A stretch of 64,000 nucleotides of DNA from Somniosus microcephalus (taxonomy: Eukaryota): positions 50,034,001 to 50,098,000 of the forward strand of contig CM126219.1 in assembly GCA_052327205.1 (NCBI GenBank), given 5' to 3'. Shown piece by piece: positions 13,431 through 27,854 of the stretch (position 1 is its first letter; each line of letters begins with the position of its first letter). The notes beneath the pieces were generated by a model. It did not search any database and was not told where the DNA came from. It was given only the letters and a program-made list of their open reading frames with translations. A program made the translations under genes and the position numbers.

Positions 13431-16400
13431 ACTAAGGCTGATCTTTATCCCCATCCCTAACTCAGGAGCTGAGGCCAATTGTAACGCATCAGCTGCTGGC
13501 CTGGCTGAGCTCAGCTAACTCAGTGTGGCTCGGTACCATACCAGGCAGTGCTTTTGACCACTTAAAGCCATCACAAGAGCATTAATATAGCTATTTTTAT
13601 ATGATTCAGGAGAAAAAAGATCCCGCAAAAAATTATGTTGTACCAATTATCTCTGAATTGTTCAGTACTACATTCTGCACAGGAAACGCTCAATAAACAG
13701 TAGTCTTCAGTCCTTTGGAATTAGACATGCTCAGTACACAGTGTGGCCTCCCAGAATGATTCATGTACAAAGAATCGCCTATTTTTTTTTGTCACTGTAA
13801 TCTGAGAACACAACATTTTACTATTTCAGCATCTGACACCAGCAAAGTCTTGTTTGAAGACAAATTAAAAAGCAGCTTTCCACCCCATGTTTCACCAAAA
13901 TATTTGAATACCTATCACTGCTCTTGGCTTAGACTGCAGATGCTTTCTCTGTATTGAGCTCCAGGAGGGTGACATCCTGAGCCTCCTATGGTACCAGCAC
14001 TCAGCTGGCTGTAAATGATAAAATTTACATGTGTCATTTAACTTCTTAGTGGGAGAGCTGAAGTTTGCAATTTAAATTTTATTCCCATCCTATTATTGCG
14101 TATAATGATATTTGCATTGCATTGCAAAGCTGAAATGTCATTAGACAATCTCATCTCTGCAAAACTCTTCATATCCTGTTGCCTCTGTCAAAATATTTAA
14201 GTAATTAATTACTTTTAGGAGGTTGAATTAAACATAGAATAAACTTAGATTGGCACTAAGTAACATTTGAAAAAAATTGCGTCTCTTTCGCAAAGTCTAT
14301 GAGGCATTTTGTCAGTACTGTTTCGAACTTGCATTTCCATGCCATTCCTGAACATAAGACTTCAGCTTGTTAATTGAACATGAACTCAATTTCACTTGAT
14401 TTCAAAATTAAGTGGGAAAATTCGATCCTTCAAGTCATTCTCTCTTCAAGTAATCATCAATTCCTGGAGACTCCAGGCCAATCCTGGAGGGTTGGCAACC
14501 CTAGTGCAAGCCTTGACAACAATTTTAAAAGCCACAAGTTTAGCTTGTAGTGTGAATGCTCCATTAATGTCGTGACCTCCTCTGTTGGCCAATCTCAATC
14601 CAGTTCCCAGTTTACAGCAGAAAGCGATCGCTCTTTCAGCAACATTTGGTATTGCTGAATAACCTCACAACAGTGCAAGAACACACGCTTGTTAATAATC
14701 GTGAGGGGGGCAAAATATAGCTCAGAAATGTATTCGATTTTCAGGAATCCAGGACAATTCTCAGGCCTGAACCCCCAGGTGGGTGCTATATATGCCAGTG
14801 AGCAGGTCAGTGCTCCTACCTACAGTGGGTGTGTGCACCTGCTGCTGGATTCCCAGGCCATGGATAAAGAAACTCCAAGCTGGGTGTCCCCTCTCCCCAT
14901 ATACCAGCACCCTTGTTTGGGACTAGCGTAGGATCCCAGCCCAATTTCCAGCCCTTTCACCGGACTTATGGCAGAAGTACACCGGAAGGGTCGTGGATTC
15001 TCGGCCCCTATATTTGGGCCTGTGCACATGCAGTGGTACTCTGAACTTTAACTTTTGATAAACTGGGATTTTTGCATTGCATTTACAATTTGTAGTACTG
15101 TAACTATACAATGAAAATACAAGTATAGAGTTACTGAACACAAAGCAGGCCTGACTGCACTACCTCCGCAAGACCTGCCCGCATTAGTGTAATGTCATGA
15201 GTCACAACAGACCTGCTATTTATACCAGCCTTTCACCATGAGACTGGCTCCTTAGGTCACTGGATAGAATACACTATCCATACACACTAAATTCTTCAGC
15301 TTCTCAGAAACCTGAAGTACCACTGCCTGTGTACAGGTGCATACATAATGCATTAAACACTAGGCACAGTGGAATTTAAAAGAAAACCAGGGAGCCCGAT
15401 TGTGTTATGACAGGTAATACCCTGGTCAATGTAAAATAGAATACATTATTCAGTGTCACTTGAGTGAGCAGGTTAGCTATATCAACTGCACTAGGATGGC
15501 ATCTGTGATGAATGGAAAGGGGCCCTTTTGGGGTTAAGTAAAAATGTTAGTGCCCTTCAGGGTTATACTCTGATGCTGCGTCCTGATCTGAATTGAACAA
15601 TCTATTCACTCAATGTAGATCAGTTTGCATTGGCAGAGGCCAGGGGCCAGTTCTGCCTTTTTGTCCAAAGTGGTGTATAACTCACAGGGAAATCAAATGA
15701 GAGGAAGGGAAGCAAACTATAAAGCAGCTTAAAAAGTAAATTTTTAAAATATCCATTAGAAGACAGCTAAATGTGAAGGAAGTCGAATCCAAATCGACAC
15801 TTTAGATCTTGAAGATCTGCATCTGAATTCATGCATCTATTGCAATAGAGTCTACTGAGATTTGTAAAACACACTAAACCAGGGATTTGAATCTCACAAT
15901 AAAATACTAAAATTATCATTTAGATACATACTGAAATCTAATTATTTACATCACTATGAAGAAAAGGTTGATTTATTTGTTCATCTGTTCTTTGCAGTTA
16001 TTCTTCATATTTGAGATAGTATTCATTATTGTTTGCTGAACCTCTATTAATAAGCTATAATGCTACATGAGATTGTATAACTAAGCATAGGCTGCACGGG
16101 AGGGCAACCCTCCAGTGATGCAACCTAGCATTGATGGCCTGGCAGATCGTGCTGTCTTGTATTTAAGCAGCCTGAGAGTGAGTGATGTATTTTTCTCCAA
16201 TGCAACTGCCAATTATTATGAGTGCAGAAATTGTAGGCTATAGGAAGGGCGAGACAGGATGAAAGATTGGGATTTGGCTATGCTGAGGGAATTACAATCA
16301 GATTCAAGTATTGTTGTTTTGAAGTCACATGCTCTCAATGTTCCAGTTTTTCAATCGATCTAATGCATTAAATTTAATTTAGACAGAAAGCTTAGAGCAG

Positions 16401-17504
16401 TGGTGAAGACATCTTCCAGCTTGGAAAAGATTATTTCATGTTTACAACTTAGAGCATAGTGAATTCTATTAAATGAACAAGTGGCATTGTAACTTCAATA
16501 TAATCAGAGTTTTCACTTAAGGGTTTGTCCTATGTAAAGGGGAAGGCAATTCTAATTCGTTATAATTTTATATAGAAGTATAATGTACTTGCAAGAATTT
16601 TGATTGACATTTTTATAAATATATTAATTTTACTGCCTGTATCGATAGTCTCGAGTCAGGTCTCCCTGATTCTGTTATAGATGAGGTCTGTATTTTTAGC
16701 TGATAGCATAGTTTTTCCGGGTTCGTGATATGCTTATGAAATAGCATCCAACATTAGTCAGGCCTTCACCCATATCTACGCATCGATCCTACTGTCCTGA
16801 CCTTGTTTGTGAGTTGGAGCCTCCACCTGCATCAGTCGTCTGCCAAAACCAAGGTCTGGCCACTTCTGTGTGAAGAAGTGAGTATTTGAGTGCCAACAGG
16901 TGGACACAGAGAACCTCTCATGTACTAAAATCTGCATGCCAACACTTTAGGAATCCTCCTCTTCTTTCTTGCATCTGAAATTGGGGGAATTCCCATTGGG
17001 AATCGCATTAATATCTGTAATGCTGCTGCAGAAGAAAGAAATGAAGGAATTGACACAAAGGCTTAAGACAACCTATTTGCAATGAAGGGGTGGGGTGGAA
17101 TTAAGAGGGGCCAGAAAAGGCCACAAAACAGTAAAAATAAATGTATTTATGGCCCTTTAGATGTTCTTGCTTGAACTGCTCATCACTTGCCAACCATGGA
17201 GACCCAGATATAATGGACATTATATTCTTTTCCAGTAGACATGTTGCAAAAAGAAGCAGAAGGTGGTGCTCCTGCATCATTAACATTTGTTAGAAAGCTC
17301 CCACACATTTGAAGTGGGAGCTTCTTCCATTGTACTAACAGAAATACACAGCATTCAAGTCTTTGCCATCCATGCCGACACTTAACACCAAAGCAACTCT
17401 CATCTATCCCTAGCACACTGGCAACCCCTTCCGTCCACAAAGAATCAAATGAAGGCCTTGGGAATCTGTACCTCCCTTACCAATAATCAGCCAAACATCC
17501 TCTA

Positions 17505-17750
17505 GCCCCTCTTCCTCCTCCTTCTGGTCTCTGCTACCTCTTCCCCTGTCCCTACTCCCTACTCCCTACTCTTCTCTTCCACCTCTCCCCAGCCACCTCC
17601 CCCCCCCCCCATACTCCCAACGCTACTCTCTTCCTCTACACTCTTCTCCTTTCCCTCTCCCCTTCCTAACTACACTTCTTCTCTCCCACCTTTCTCACTC
17701 GCTCCCTCTTTCGCTTCTCCACTTCACCTTCCTGTTTTCCCTCCTCCTCA
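17505..17750. repeat. Polypyrimidine (CT-rich) low-complexity tract
   Basis: About 245 bp composed almost entirely of C and T. Confidence 0.8.
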
Positions 17751-17754
17751 AAAA

Positions 17755-18089
17755 ACCCACTGAAGATCCTTGTCCTACCTTCAAATGCCACAACAGCCTC
17801 ACGCCATCCTACCTCAGCCGTAAATCCTCACTTTCATCTTTATTCCTCTGACATTATCCTACCATTGGTGGTTAATCTTTCAGTCTCTATGCTCCTGCCC
17901 GCTGGAACTGTCTTTCACAATCCTTCCCCTTATATCCTCCCTTGCTGTTTTCAAAAACTAATAAAAACTTTCTCTTCAACACCACTTTTGGCCTTGCTCC
18001 TCACATCCATGCTCACTGTTCTTTCTCTCCCACTCGGTGTCCATTTTCTTCTCACTGTACAGAGTGCTGAGATGTCTTTTTGACATAAG
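17755..18089 (+). mobile_element. L2 LINE 3' remnant; its tail continues at 18968-19000 after the MITE
   Basis: aagatccttgtcctaccttcaaatgcc...ctgtacagagtgctgagatgtc|...|gccatataaatgcaaggtgttgttg. Confidence 0.55.
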
Positions 18090-18967
18090 GGGGGAAAAAT
18101 TCGGTTGGTTTGCGCCTCCCGTTAGCGCCTTAAGAGGGCGCTAATGGTGCGCAAAGCAACTAGCGCCCGGGCGTGGCGATGTTTGCGCTGCTCACAAAAT
18201 TAACTAGACATTTTGCGGCAGCGCTAAACACTACTGCCACGATCTCCTGCGCCGGCAGATCATGACGTCAGTCGAGTGTGCAACGCCCTGGTAGCGCTCC
18301 GGACCGGATATTGAGTGGTGCCCCCTGTCTTACCACCTGCCGCTAGCAACGACAGGTTGAGGGGAGCATTTTCCAGTCGGGAAGGGACTGGGGGAGCGCT
18401 ATTTAAAGGCGACCGCTTCCTGCCTGTTTTTGTCGGCAAAATTTTTGCACCACACATTCTGAGTGAGAGAGAGAGACTGCAGGAGATATTCAAAGCTGTG
18501 TTAAGGAGTTTTGGGTACTGAGCAGCGCTTTGCAGGTTCTTTCTGATTTGATCTTGCATCGATTTAAAAGAGAATATGGGGGCTGCACTCTGAGCTCTTT
18601 CCCTGGGAATCTCCATTGTTCTTTCCAGCAGATTTGATGTACAGGTCTCTCCAAGCCAAGATTCAAGGCTGCAATGAGCAGGGTGTGGATGGAGAGCAAG
18701 ATCAACCCACCCCTTTAAGAACTAGTGTGTCTGCGTTCCATTGCTGACTGACATCACATGAGCTTCGCCAGCGCTCTGAGGTAGTGTCTCGCTCCTCGGC
18801 CTTTGCGCCTTAAGACAAGTGTGTAGCGCCTGATTTAGCACTCCAATCACCTCCAGGGGCGATAAAAGTCAAGTTTGCAGTCGGAGGCGATAATTAGTGC
18901 CAGGCGCTAATCTTTGCGCCCGGCCGATAATTGCGCCCCAAATGGGGCGATACTGAATTTCTCCCCC
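18090..18967. mobile_element. Harbinger-type MITE inserted in an L2/SINE 3' tail
   Basis: TIRs GGGGGAAAAATTC / GAATTTCTCCCCC, 3-bp duplication AAG, and many subterminal (t)agcgcc motifs. Confidence 0.8.
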
Positions 18968-20660
18968 AAGGAGTGCCATATAAATGCAAGGTGTTGTTGG
19001 AGGAATAATCTATCTGGGATGGATTCCTCTAGAGCTGCAGCTGGACCATTGCATCGATGTGTTCCACAGATGCCATTGAAATAAATAAGGTCAGAGCATG
19101 TCCACTTGGGACCATCAAATATATGTAATCTGAACTCTTGGAACTTTGGTTGTATTTATCCGAATTAAATGAATGATTCGATGCCATGATTTTATTTTTG
19201 AGACAGTCCCCAGTGGTTTTCTTGCAGTCTCGGTTAAGCTACAATGAAATCTGTTTTGGGATTACTTTAAAAAGAAAACAATAGCTCACAGAGAGTCTCT
19301 AAGGATTCACACTGTGCAAGAATCAATAGCTCCACTGCATCCTGGCTCCTTTTGCTGATGTCAGTGGAGTTTACCCATGTGTATGCATTCTGCCTGCAAT
19401 GACAAAGGAACCATTTTTGAAACATAGGCTGTGGAGTGAATAAAAGGTTAAGTAAGTTACATTGAAAGTATTCCTTCTAAAAATAACCTTCTCCTGCCTT
19501 TTCTAACCTTGTGAAGGGACTTCAATGTGACACATCTTATGACATTGGCAAGGTTATTTTTGTGCTTTCTTGAAATGAGATATAAGGTTATCTGTTACCT
19601 TGTACATATTATGCAGATTCTGTTTGCAGGTGCTTCTTCAAATGTGTTTGTGCCAATGAAGTTATTAACTGTCAGAGGACAGCCAACTGAAATTCCCCAC
19701 ATTCTCACTTCATTGGAGAACAAATGATTGCTTCAGCTCACTGTAGCTCCTTAAATCTAACAGTTCAACCACCTTCACTGCAGCCCTTCAAGGTCAGTTC
19801 AGGCATAAGCATGTCTAACACCCCTGTTGTGGAAGCCAAAGACAGTCTTTCCCTCCCCTCCAAGGGAGTAAGTGGGGAATTGCAGATGGATTTCCTTCAC
19901 TTTTTGATGTTTAATTGGAAGCCAGGAAATGACCGTCTCACTTGTGGATCATCTGCATTAATATTGTAAAGAAAGAACTAAAAGCGTGTTATAAATTTCT
20001 AGGGTGGGGTCTAGTATGGCTTATTATGGTATCTTTCCTGAATGTTTAATTTGTATTTCATACATTCCTCTAATCTTCTCTGTTAATGTTACATCGAAGA
20101 CTTTTCCAAGGGCAGTGCTACCCAATGGGCATACTGTAGAATAGTATAAAGGCCTTCACAATGGTGCCCCAACAATCATTAAAATATCTCAAGATAAAAT
20201 CCTGCTGGTGATGCCGGCATGGTGCCTATTGATGTCCTCTAGCATTGCCCTTGCTGAAGTTTGCAGGGTCAGTGGGAGGGTATCTAATTTTCATGGGGCC
20301 AGCGGATGCAAGCATCACTGAGGGTGCATCTATCCACAAAAGCCAGCATGGGGGTCGGGGGGGGTGGGAGGTTGCCCAAGCCCCTCTCCCAGGCCCCAGC
20401 CATGTACCCCTCAGTACCCTGTGTAAGGAGGCTGATCAAGATATTTGTAAAAGTAAATTGCTTCTTTTTTCGGGCGTCCTGGCCACTTGCCTTGTAAGGA
20501 GTCAGCAGAGGTTCTGTCCCTTACTAGGCATGCAGTTTTCATGTTGGTTCCACCGGGCTCCTATTGGAACGCCTTGTATTTTTGGGGCCCTCTTTTTTAC
20601 TGAAATGTGGTTGCCATTACAGAGTTACAGATCTTTAACTGTTCTCCATGTCTTTTGCAG

Positions 20661-20828
20661 CTAACAGTGGGAATTATTCAAGCAGCTGAACTACCTGCAC
20701 TGGACATAGGCGGCACATCTGACCCTTATGTTAAAGTCTTCCTGCTTCCAGACAAGAAAAAGAAATATGAGACGAAGGTTCAGAAAAAGACTCTAAACCC
20801 TTCCTTCAATGAGTCCTTTACATTCAAG
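20661..20828 (+). CDS. SYT2: Synaptotagmin-2 coding exon, C2A first half, 168 nt, phase 0-0
   Basis: Acceptor tcttttgcag|, donor |gtaacg. [56 protein letters not shown], contained in ORF 20607..20897. Confidence 0.97.
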
Positions 20829-22257
20829 GTAACGCTTCATGGCAAGCAGCCATACATTGGACAAGTTAAACTTCAATTTCAGTTTTGTTTCAGTTAGAGG
20901 CATGGTTGATAGTGTTCATTGCTTTTTTATCTTTAACATTTATTACTATGCAATAGAATCCATCAGACAATGCCCATTAAAGACCAAAGAGATTCTATAG
21001 TTTGAATTTCCTGCAGACACTGTCATTCTAGCTAGCTAATTTGCCATTCATTCCATAGGCTTTAAGCTTCTTTAAAAGCCTTACTTGTAGAACTTTGTCA
21101 GGTGCCTTCTGAAAATCCAAGTAAACTACAGCCAAACTCTTGTCCATTTATTTAAGCATGAATTCCAGTGCATTCCAGAGACATAACCTATTATTATTTC
21201 TAAGTCCACACTGACCACTCCTTATGCTGTCTAGGTGAATATTGATTACGTTCTACAAAATGCTCACTAGTGATGTTGGGATAACTGGGTATAATTCTAT
21301 AGTTATTACCTCTTCCCCTTTTGAATAACATTCATCATCATAATCATCCATTCTTCAGATTCAATATAAAAAATTGTAATTTTAATTTAGGCTTACAATT
21401 TCCCCCATTAGCTTATTCAAACTGATAATACAATTGTGTTGGCCGTTGTTCCCTTGCTTCTAACTCCCTAATACTCAATGGATTAGTTTGCCTCAATTAT
21501 TGTATTATTATTAATAATTGTATTTATATAATACAGTATGGCGAACTGTCTCAAGACACTCCACACGATGACTGCTGTTATGTAAGCAAATCATTTGCAC
21601 TTTATCTATTGTATCAGTAGAACCATTGGCAAGTTTTGTTCTGAGGAACAAAGGGGATGAAATTCCAATGGACCCGTTCTGTTAGTGAAAAGTACAAACT
21701 GGTCCTATTCTATTTTCCAGCCCCCTAGTTGGGCGACCTGCGCAGACCCGATCAGAATTTCAAGCCAAAATTACTCCAATTTCTTCTCATTAATGTTTAA
21801 GATAAATATCATTGGTATGGACTGCAAATTTAGGGCTGCTCTTTTCTCCTGTATTATTGTTACACCTTCCAACCACGATAGGACCTCTCCTGCCAAGTAC
21901 AGTGCCAAAGTCGAGAAAGCAGATGTGTTAGATCTGCTTGCTCCTTGCTTTTGAGTCAGCTCATCGGAAATGTGCAAGAGTGTCCTAATATGAGTCACTT
22001 TCCAATTTTCTTTACTTCCCTATATTACGCTTCCTACTTGCTGAAATCAGGAACATGCTATACGGAGACTCAAGGGAACAGTCTAATCCAGCCACTCAAC
22101 AATTCACTTCAATCCAGCTCACACTAGTGTAAATGCTTTTCATTTAAATCAGACAGAGTTCTATGCAGCAAACATTCACTTTGTTTTTCTCCCAGTAAGA
22201 ATAGAAATATAATGGACACATATTGGTATCCTTGTTATTCTTGTAGTTGTGATACTG

Positions 22258-22697
22258 TGGTGTCAGCCTTGGCTCAGTGGTTTGCCATTGCCTCTGAGCC
22301 AGAAGGTTGCAGTTTCAAACTCTACTCCAGAGACTTAAGCACATATTCTAGGCTGAAACTTCAATATAGTACTGAGGGAGTGTGGCAGTGTTGGAAGTGC
22401 TGTCTGTTGGATGAAATGCTAAACCGAGGCCCCATATGACTTCTCAGGTGGAAGTAAAAGATTATATGGCACTATTTGAAGAAGAAATGTTCTCCTAGCC
22501 AACAATTATCCCTCAGCTAACATCACTAAAATAGATTATCTCAGCTATTTGTAGGGCCTTGGTGTGTATAAAATGGCTTCTGTATTTGCCTACATTATAA
22601 CAATGATTACAATTCAAAAGCATTTCTGTGGCTGTGAAGTGCTTTGGGTTGTCTAGAGGCCGTGAAAAGTGTTATATAAATGCAAATTATTTCTTCT
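22258..22697 (+). mobile_element. Full-length tRNA-derived Deu-domain SINE (SacSINE1/AmnSINE1-like)
   Basis: Pol III A-box-like tggctcagtgg and degenerate B-box gtttcaaact. Central tactgagggagt...ggatgaaatgctaaaccgaggccc...aaaagattatatggcactattt resembles the Deu domain. L2-like tail tatataaatgcaa...ttcttcttt. Confidence 0.78.
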
Positions 22698-22910
22698 TTG
22701 ATATGTATGAGAGTTATAAAGCAGCAATCTGTAGATAGACTTCATATGCTTATGGTGTTTTTTTTCAGATTACATTTGACTTTATGCAAGTGATTACTTA
22801 TTTTAACTAAGATATTTTGGAACACTCACAATTACTGTTTAATAAGTAATGTGACCAGTTGAGAACTCCTTTTGAATTGAATCATTATCACAATAAATAA
22901 CTCAAATATT

Positions 22911-23589
22911 GGCCCTGAATTTGTGGCTTGCCTCCGGAGTATGCCTCCGACTCGTGAATTATTTCCGAATTTACCTCCTGGCTCCACAGCTACGGAGAGT
23001 TCGAGTCTCGGGCCTCCATGCGTAAAGGCCCATGGACGCAGGCGGTTCGGAAGTGTCACTGGGATCACGCGGGCCAGGTCCTCCAACGAGAAAGGAGGCT
23101 TCCATGGCAGTCATTTCTGAACGGAATTCCCCTAATGACATGCAATGGAATCCCCAATTCATTAAACAATTTAGACAACTCGAATAAATATAAATGTTCT
23201 GATTTTCAAATTTAATTAAAAGTCCCTTAATTACACCAAATACAATAAATATGTAATTTTTTTGAAAAATATTTAAACATTTTAATCCAGGCCAATATTT
23301 GCATGAACTAATTTTACGTGTTTGTGCATCATTTTTTATTAAATTTTTTTTAATTTATATTAACCCTTACACTGGTGAAAGCGGGCCCTAGGCCTGCTTT
23401 TCCTAGCCGCAAGAGTTTTGTGGGCAACTGCTGGGCAGTAGTTGGGAAAATAGCCCAACTCTGCACCAGCGAAAGTGATTTCTCAGTCAGCTCGGTAGAT
23501 CTGTCAAGGGAAACTTGCGGGGCCCAACCAGAAGGATTAGGACAGCGTATAGGAACGCACGCCGTCAAAGACACTGTAAATTCTGGCCC
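22911..23589. mobile_element. Harbinger-type MITE (family also at 29728 and 30720)
   Basis: TIRs GGCCCTGAATTTG / TAAATTCTGGCCC. GC-rich arms around an AT-rich core, colinear with 29728-30482. Confidence 0.75.
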
Positions 23590-25008
23590 AAGACTGCAGC
23601 GATGAGTATTGGCTGTTTTATGTAATAGAGCAATCTTAAAACTATGAGATCTTGCATTTGGGTGGATGATGTATATGACTCCTTCAGTGTTTGTGAGTCA
23701 TGATTTCATCCACATTAAATGCCTTTACAAACCTGCAACGTTCATTGAAAGACATTGATTGGGAATCCTTGCTTTACTGCCTGATGTCACTCGGATTGTA
23801 ACTCTGCACAGTGCGTTCTGCATGAAGCAGCACGACACTTGCTGAAACAGCAGGTTTTCGGACAGATTAAGTGAAATGTGCTGTCAAGCCAGGAATTTCT
23901 GCTTACTCTGAGCATGTTAATGGACTGTTAAAAACATATCCCTCTAACTTACATTGGATCCATGTTCCTGTCAAGTGAAAGCAAAGTTATCTACTACACA
24001 AAAGAAACACTAAATTATCCAAACCCTGTTATTTAAACGATGCATTCTTCGGTCAGACCCCTCATCATGTTTAGTTTTGACCCATTTAAACTGAATAATT
24101 TCCTCAGTGCCCTTTCTGTCCCACGATGACAAAGTCCAGTGAGACTGAGTATTAAAAGGGTTATTGAAAAGAACGGTACAGAGACAGTTAGCAATCAGAC
24201 TGTTTGCAAACCATTCTATTTATATGCATCAAAGTTTTAATCAGCATGTTCATTCACTGCCCATCCTCCAACATGAGGCATTTGCAAAATGATGAATATT
24301 TTCTTAATTATGTTACTGGCGCAGTCTGTCTTAATGCAGAAAAATCCCCTGTTGACGTGGATAAATCTGAAACAGCGCCACCTGTAGGATATTTCAACAG
24401 GCATCGACATCACAGAAAGTCAAAATGTCGAAGTGTTGGGGGTTGAGGAGTTACTAACAGATCAGTGAATTATCCACTCCTTTCCCTAATGTCTATTATA
24501 CATCCACGGGTATTATTTTCACAGTTCTCACAGCTGTTATTCACACCTATGGAAATAAAAATAGAAAATGGTAATGGACAAGTGTGAAAGTAACACTTGC
24601 ATGTTTCTGGCACACGCTGGTCAAACTGATGATTGCAGCCAATATAACTCATCTCGTCACATCGATATTGCAGTGACAACCTCCATTAGGGCAGGACATT
24701 TCCAATCTCACTGCTGTGGAAACTGTAGCAGTTTCTCACAGAAAATGCTGCACCATTTTAGTCAAAATGTTCAAGGTGTATATTGTGTTAGTAGAGGACT
24801 GGGTTTATTTTACCTTTAGAAGTGTTTTTTAGACTCTTCTAGATTCTTGTTCTGATTTTCTCCCCTCAACCTTCTTCCCAAGGCAACAACTCTCGAGAGG
24901 ATACTGTTCCAAAGGTGCCAGCACTCCTCTAATGCTTTGAATCTGGACAGTCAGTCAATGTTGACAGGCTGGTCCAGCACAGGAGCAACAGCAGCCTAGC
25001 AGATACTG

Positions 25009-26252
25009 ACATAAGAAACAGGAGCAGGAGTAGGCCATTTGGCCCTTCGAGCTTGTTCTGCCATTCAATAAGATCATGGCTGATTTTCTACCTCAACTCC
25101 ACTTTCCTGCACTCCATATCCCTTAATTCCCTTAATATTGGAAAATCTATCGATCTTGGTCTTGAATATACTCAACGACTGAGCCTCCATAGCCCTCTGG
25201 GGTAGCGAATTCTAAAGATTCACCACTCTCTGAGTGAAGAAATTTCTGCTCAACTCAGTCCTAAATGGTCGACCCCTTATTCTGAGACTATGACCCCTGG
25301 TTCTAGACTCCCCAGCCAAGGGAAACATCCTCCCTGCATCTACCGTGTCAAGCCCTGTAAGAATTTTGTATGTTTCAATGAGATCACCTCTCATTCTTCT
25401 AAACTCTAGAGAATATAGGCCTAGTCTACTCAATCTCTCCTCAAAGGACAATGCCCCCCATCCCAGGAACCAGTCTGGTGAACCTTCGTTGCACTCCCTC
25501 TATGGCAAGTATATCCTACCTTAGTTAAGGAGACCAAAACTGTACACAATACTCCAGGTGTGGTCTCATCAGGGCCCTATATAATTGCAGTAAGATGTCT
25601 TTACTCTTATACTCAAATCCTCTTTGCAGGATGCTCTGCAAATACTCTTATACTCAAACCCTCTATACTAGATGAAGGAAGGATGTTCCTGATGGCGGGG
25701 AGTCCAGAACCAGGGGTCACAGTCTAAGGATAAGGGGTAAGCCATTTAGGACTGAGATGAGGAGGAATTTCTTCACCCAGAGAGTGGTGAACCTGTGGAA
25801 TTCTCTGCCACAGAAGGCTGTTGAGGCCAATTCATTAAATATATTCAAGAAGGAGTTAAATATATTTCTTCAGGCTAAAGGGATCAAGGGATATGGGGAG
25901 AAAGCAGGGACAGGGTACTAAATGTGTATGATCAGCCATGATCTCATTAAATGGCGGAACAGGCTCGAGGGGCCGAATGGCCTACTCCTGCTCCTATCTT
26001 CTATGTTTCTATGTTTCTCTTGTAATAAAGGCCAACATACCATTTGCTTTCTTAATTGCTTGCTGTACCTGCATGTTAACTTTCGGTGATTCATGTACAA
26101 GGACACACAAGGTCCCTCTGAACACCAACATTTCCCAATCACTCACTATTTAAAAAATACTCTGCTTTTCTATTTTTCCTATTAACGTGGATAACTTCAC
26201 ATTTCTCCACATTATATTCCATTTGCCATGTTCTTCCCCACTCACTTAGCTG
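25009..26252 (-). mobile_element. CR1 LINE fragment with a nested plus-strand CR1 3' piece (~25666-26015)
   Basis: ORF 25212..25451 (EERLSRLGLYSLEFRRMRGDLIETYKIL) and ORF 26139..26339 (WQMEYNVEKCEVIH). Tail acataagaaacaggagcaggagtaggcc. Confidence 0.92.
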
Positions 26253-26964
26253 GATAGCAATCAGATTGCTAACCCATGCCAACTTTTTCCTCTTCCTCCA
26301 GTCCAGAGATGGTGAGAAAAACCATATCACTCCCACCATTAACCCCGCTAAAATTGGCCGACTCAGTACAGGTGGAGGACTGAACCTGGCCCCTCCCTGG
26401 CCTGTATGGTTCAGACCATATCACACTGTGGATTAACTTTTCATCTTTAAGGTTCCCAAGCAGAGCTTCATGCACAAGGAGCAAATAGTGGGAATTCAGC
26501 TCATTTTGTGGGCTTGTTATTTCCTGTCCATGAAGATTAATGGCGCGTACAATCAAATTCTTGATATGTTCTCCCAGTGTGGGAAGTTCTGCACTGGGAG
26601 CACTAAAAATTAAGATTGATTCCAGTATCTGCTGTCTGATGGTCTCATGAATTATTCATCTTTCAGACCTGTGAAGTACCACCACCATGGAACTAGCCCC
26701 CTTGAATTACATCATGAGGACTGTGATAGTAATACCTGGCTGTGGATTATACCAAATAAAACAATTTCACATAAATAGTATGAAAGGTATTTTTGAAATA
26801 CCGGAGTCTACTCTCCATTGTCAGTAAATTACTTCTTATGTAATGTCCTACAGATAGTTACATCACATAACGTTTGTTCTAGTTAAATTTATTCTGTTAC
26901 AACAAAAACAAAAACATTGTGGCGGAGGCCACAAAGGGACAATAACACAATGTGTACCCAATGC

Positions 26965-27229
26965 TGTTATATGTACCTAACACAATTCACTTTGTATAGC
27001 AATGCTGTGGTATGTACATGCTGGGTTGGGTTATTGGTGCAGGGCCCCTTTAAGAGTGTCGGGCCCTTTAAGAGTGTCGGGTTACGTGATGACTCATCAG
27101 CCCCTGCTCGTAACCCTGCACGGGGCTGAGGTTTCTCAGTCCATGTGGAGATGTGATTAAAGCAGGACACGTTTTGTCCTTTACCTAAAGAAAGTCTCAG
27201 CCTGTTGATTTCTGACGATCCCAACAACA
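26965..27229 (+). mobile_element. Possible solo LTR
   Basis: TGTTAT...AACAACA termini, ATTAAA ~65 nt before the end, internal tandem duplication gggccc(c)tttaagagtgtc, CRE/AP-1-like ttacgtgatgactca. No convincing TSD found. Confidence 0.4.
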
Positions 27230-27854
27230 TCATTGTTTCCCTCTGTCAAATGTCTGATCAGATCCAAGGTTTCTGAAGCACGTTGTTGAAAGTCACTAGC
27301 AGATTTACAAAGGAGACGTTGGGAAAACTGTCTACCATACTTAGTGCTGCAAGATATTTTCAATTAATGAATAGATTGCTTTGTCAAAACTTGTTAGATA
27401 CTATGAGTTTTAACTGCGGCTGAAGGTTCATGACTCTGTTTTGATAGTGCAGATAGACTCTTTGATACTGTTAAACTGTTGAGATGTCAAGCAACAGGGA
27501 TTCACTAATCTATTGAGTCAAAACAGAGGCAAGCACCTCAGAGCGGGATATATCATCAATCATGAATAGCTTTGAAAAATTCTCCATAAATCACTATGAA
27601 ATGTACATATCATTTCTACAAATACTATTGACAAAAAGGTTTCCTACTACAATTCAGACACCAAAAAATTATCTGAGAATGTATACAGTATCTGCAAATT
27701 TATTTCGGTAGTTAATGGATTTTTTCCTCTAAGGCAATTTGCTATGGGTGTAACAATGAGATTGACATGTGTAGAGGAACCAGACAGCTAACATCAAAGT
27801 AGATCCATAGATTTCTGTCATTTCATTTTGCCTTTAACTGAATTTCATATGCAG

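Noticed and set aside
18090-18967. CpG-island promoter of a nested gene
   Set aside because: The CpG-rich stretch coincides exactly with a TIR/TSD-bounded element, and no downstream exons were found.
22258-22335. tRNA gene
   Set aside because: The A/B-box-like motifs belong to a SINE head; I could not build a cloverleaf, and a SINE body and tail follow.
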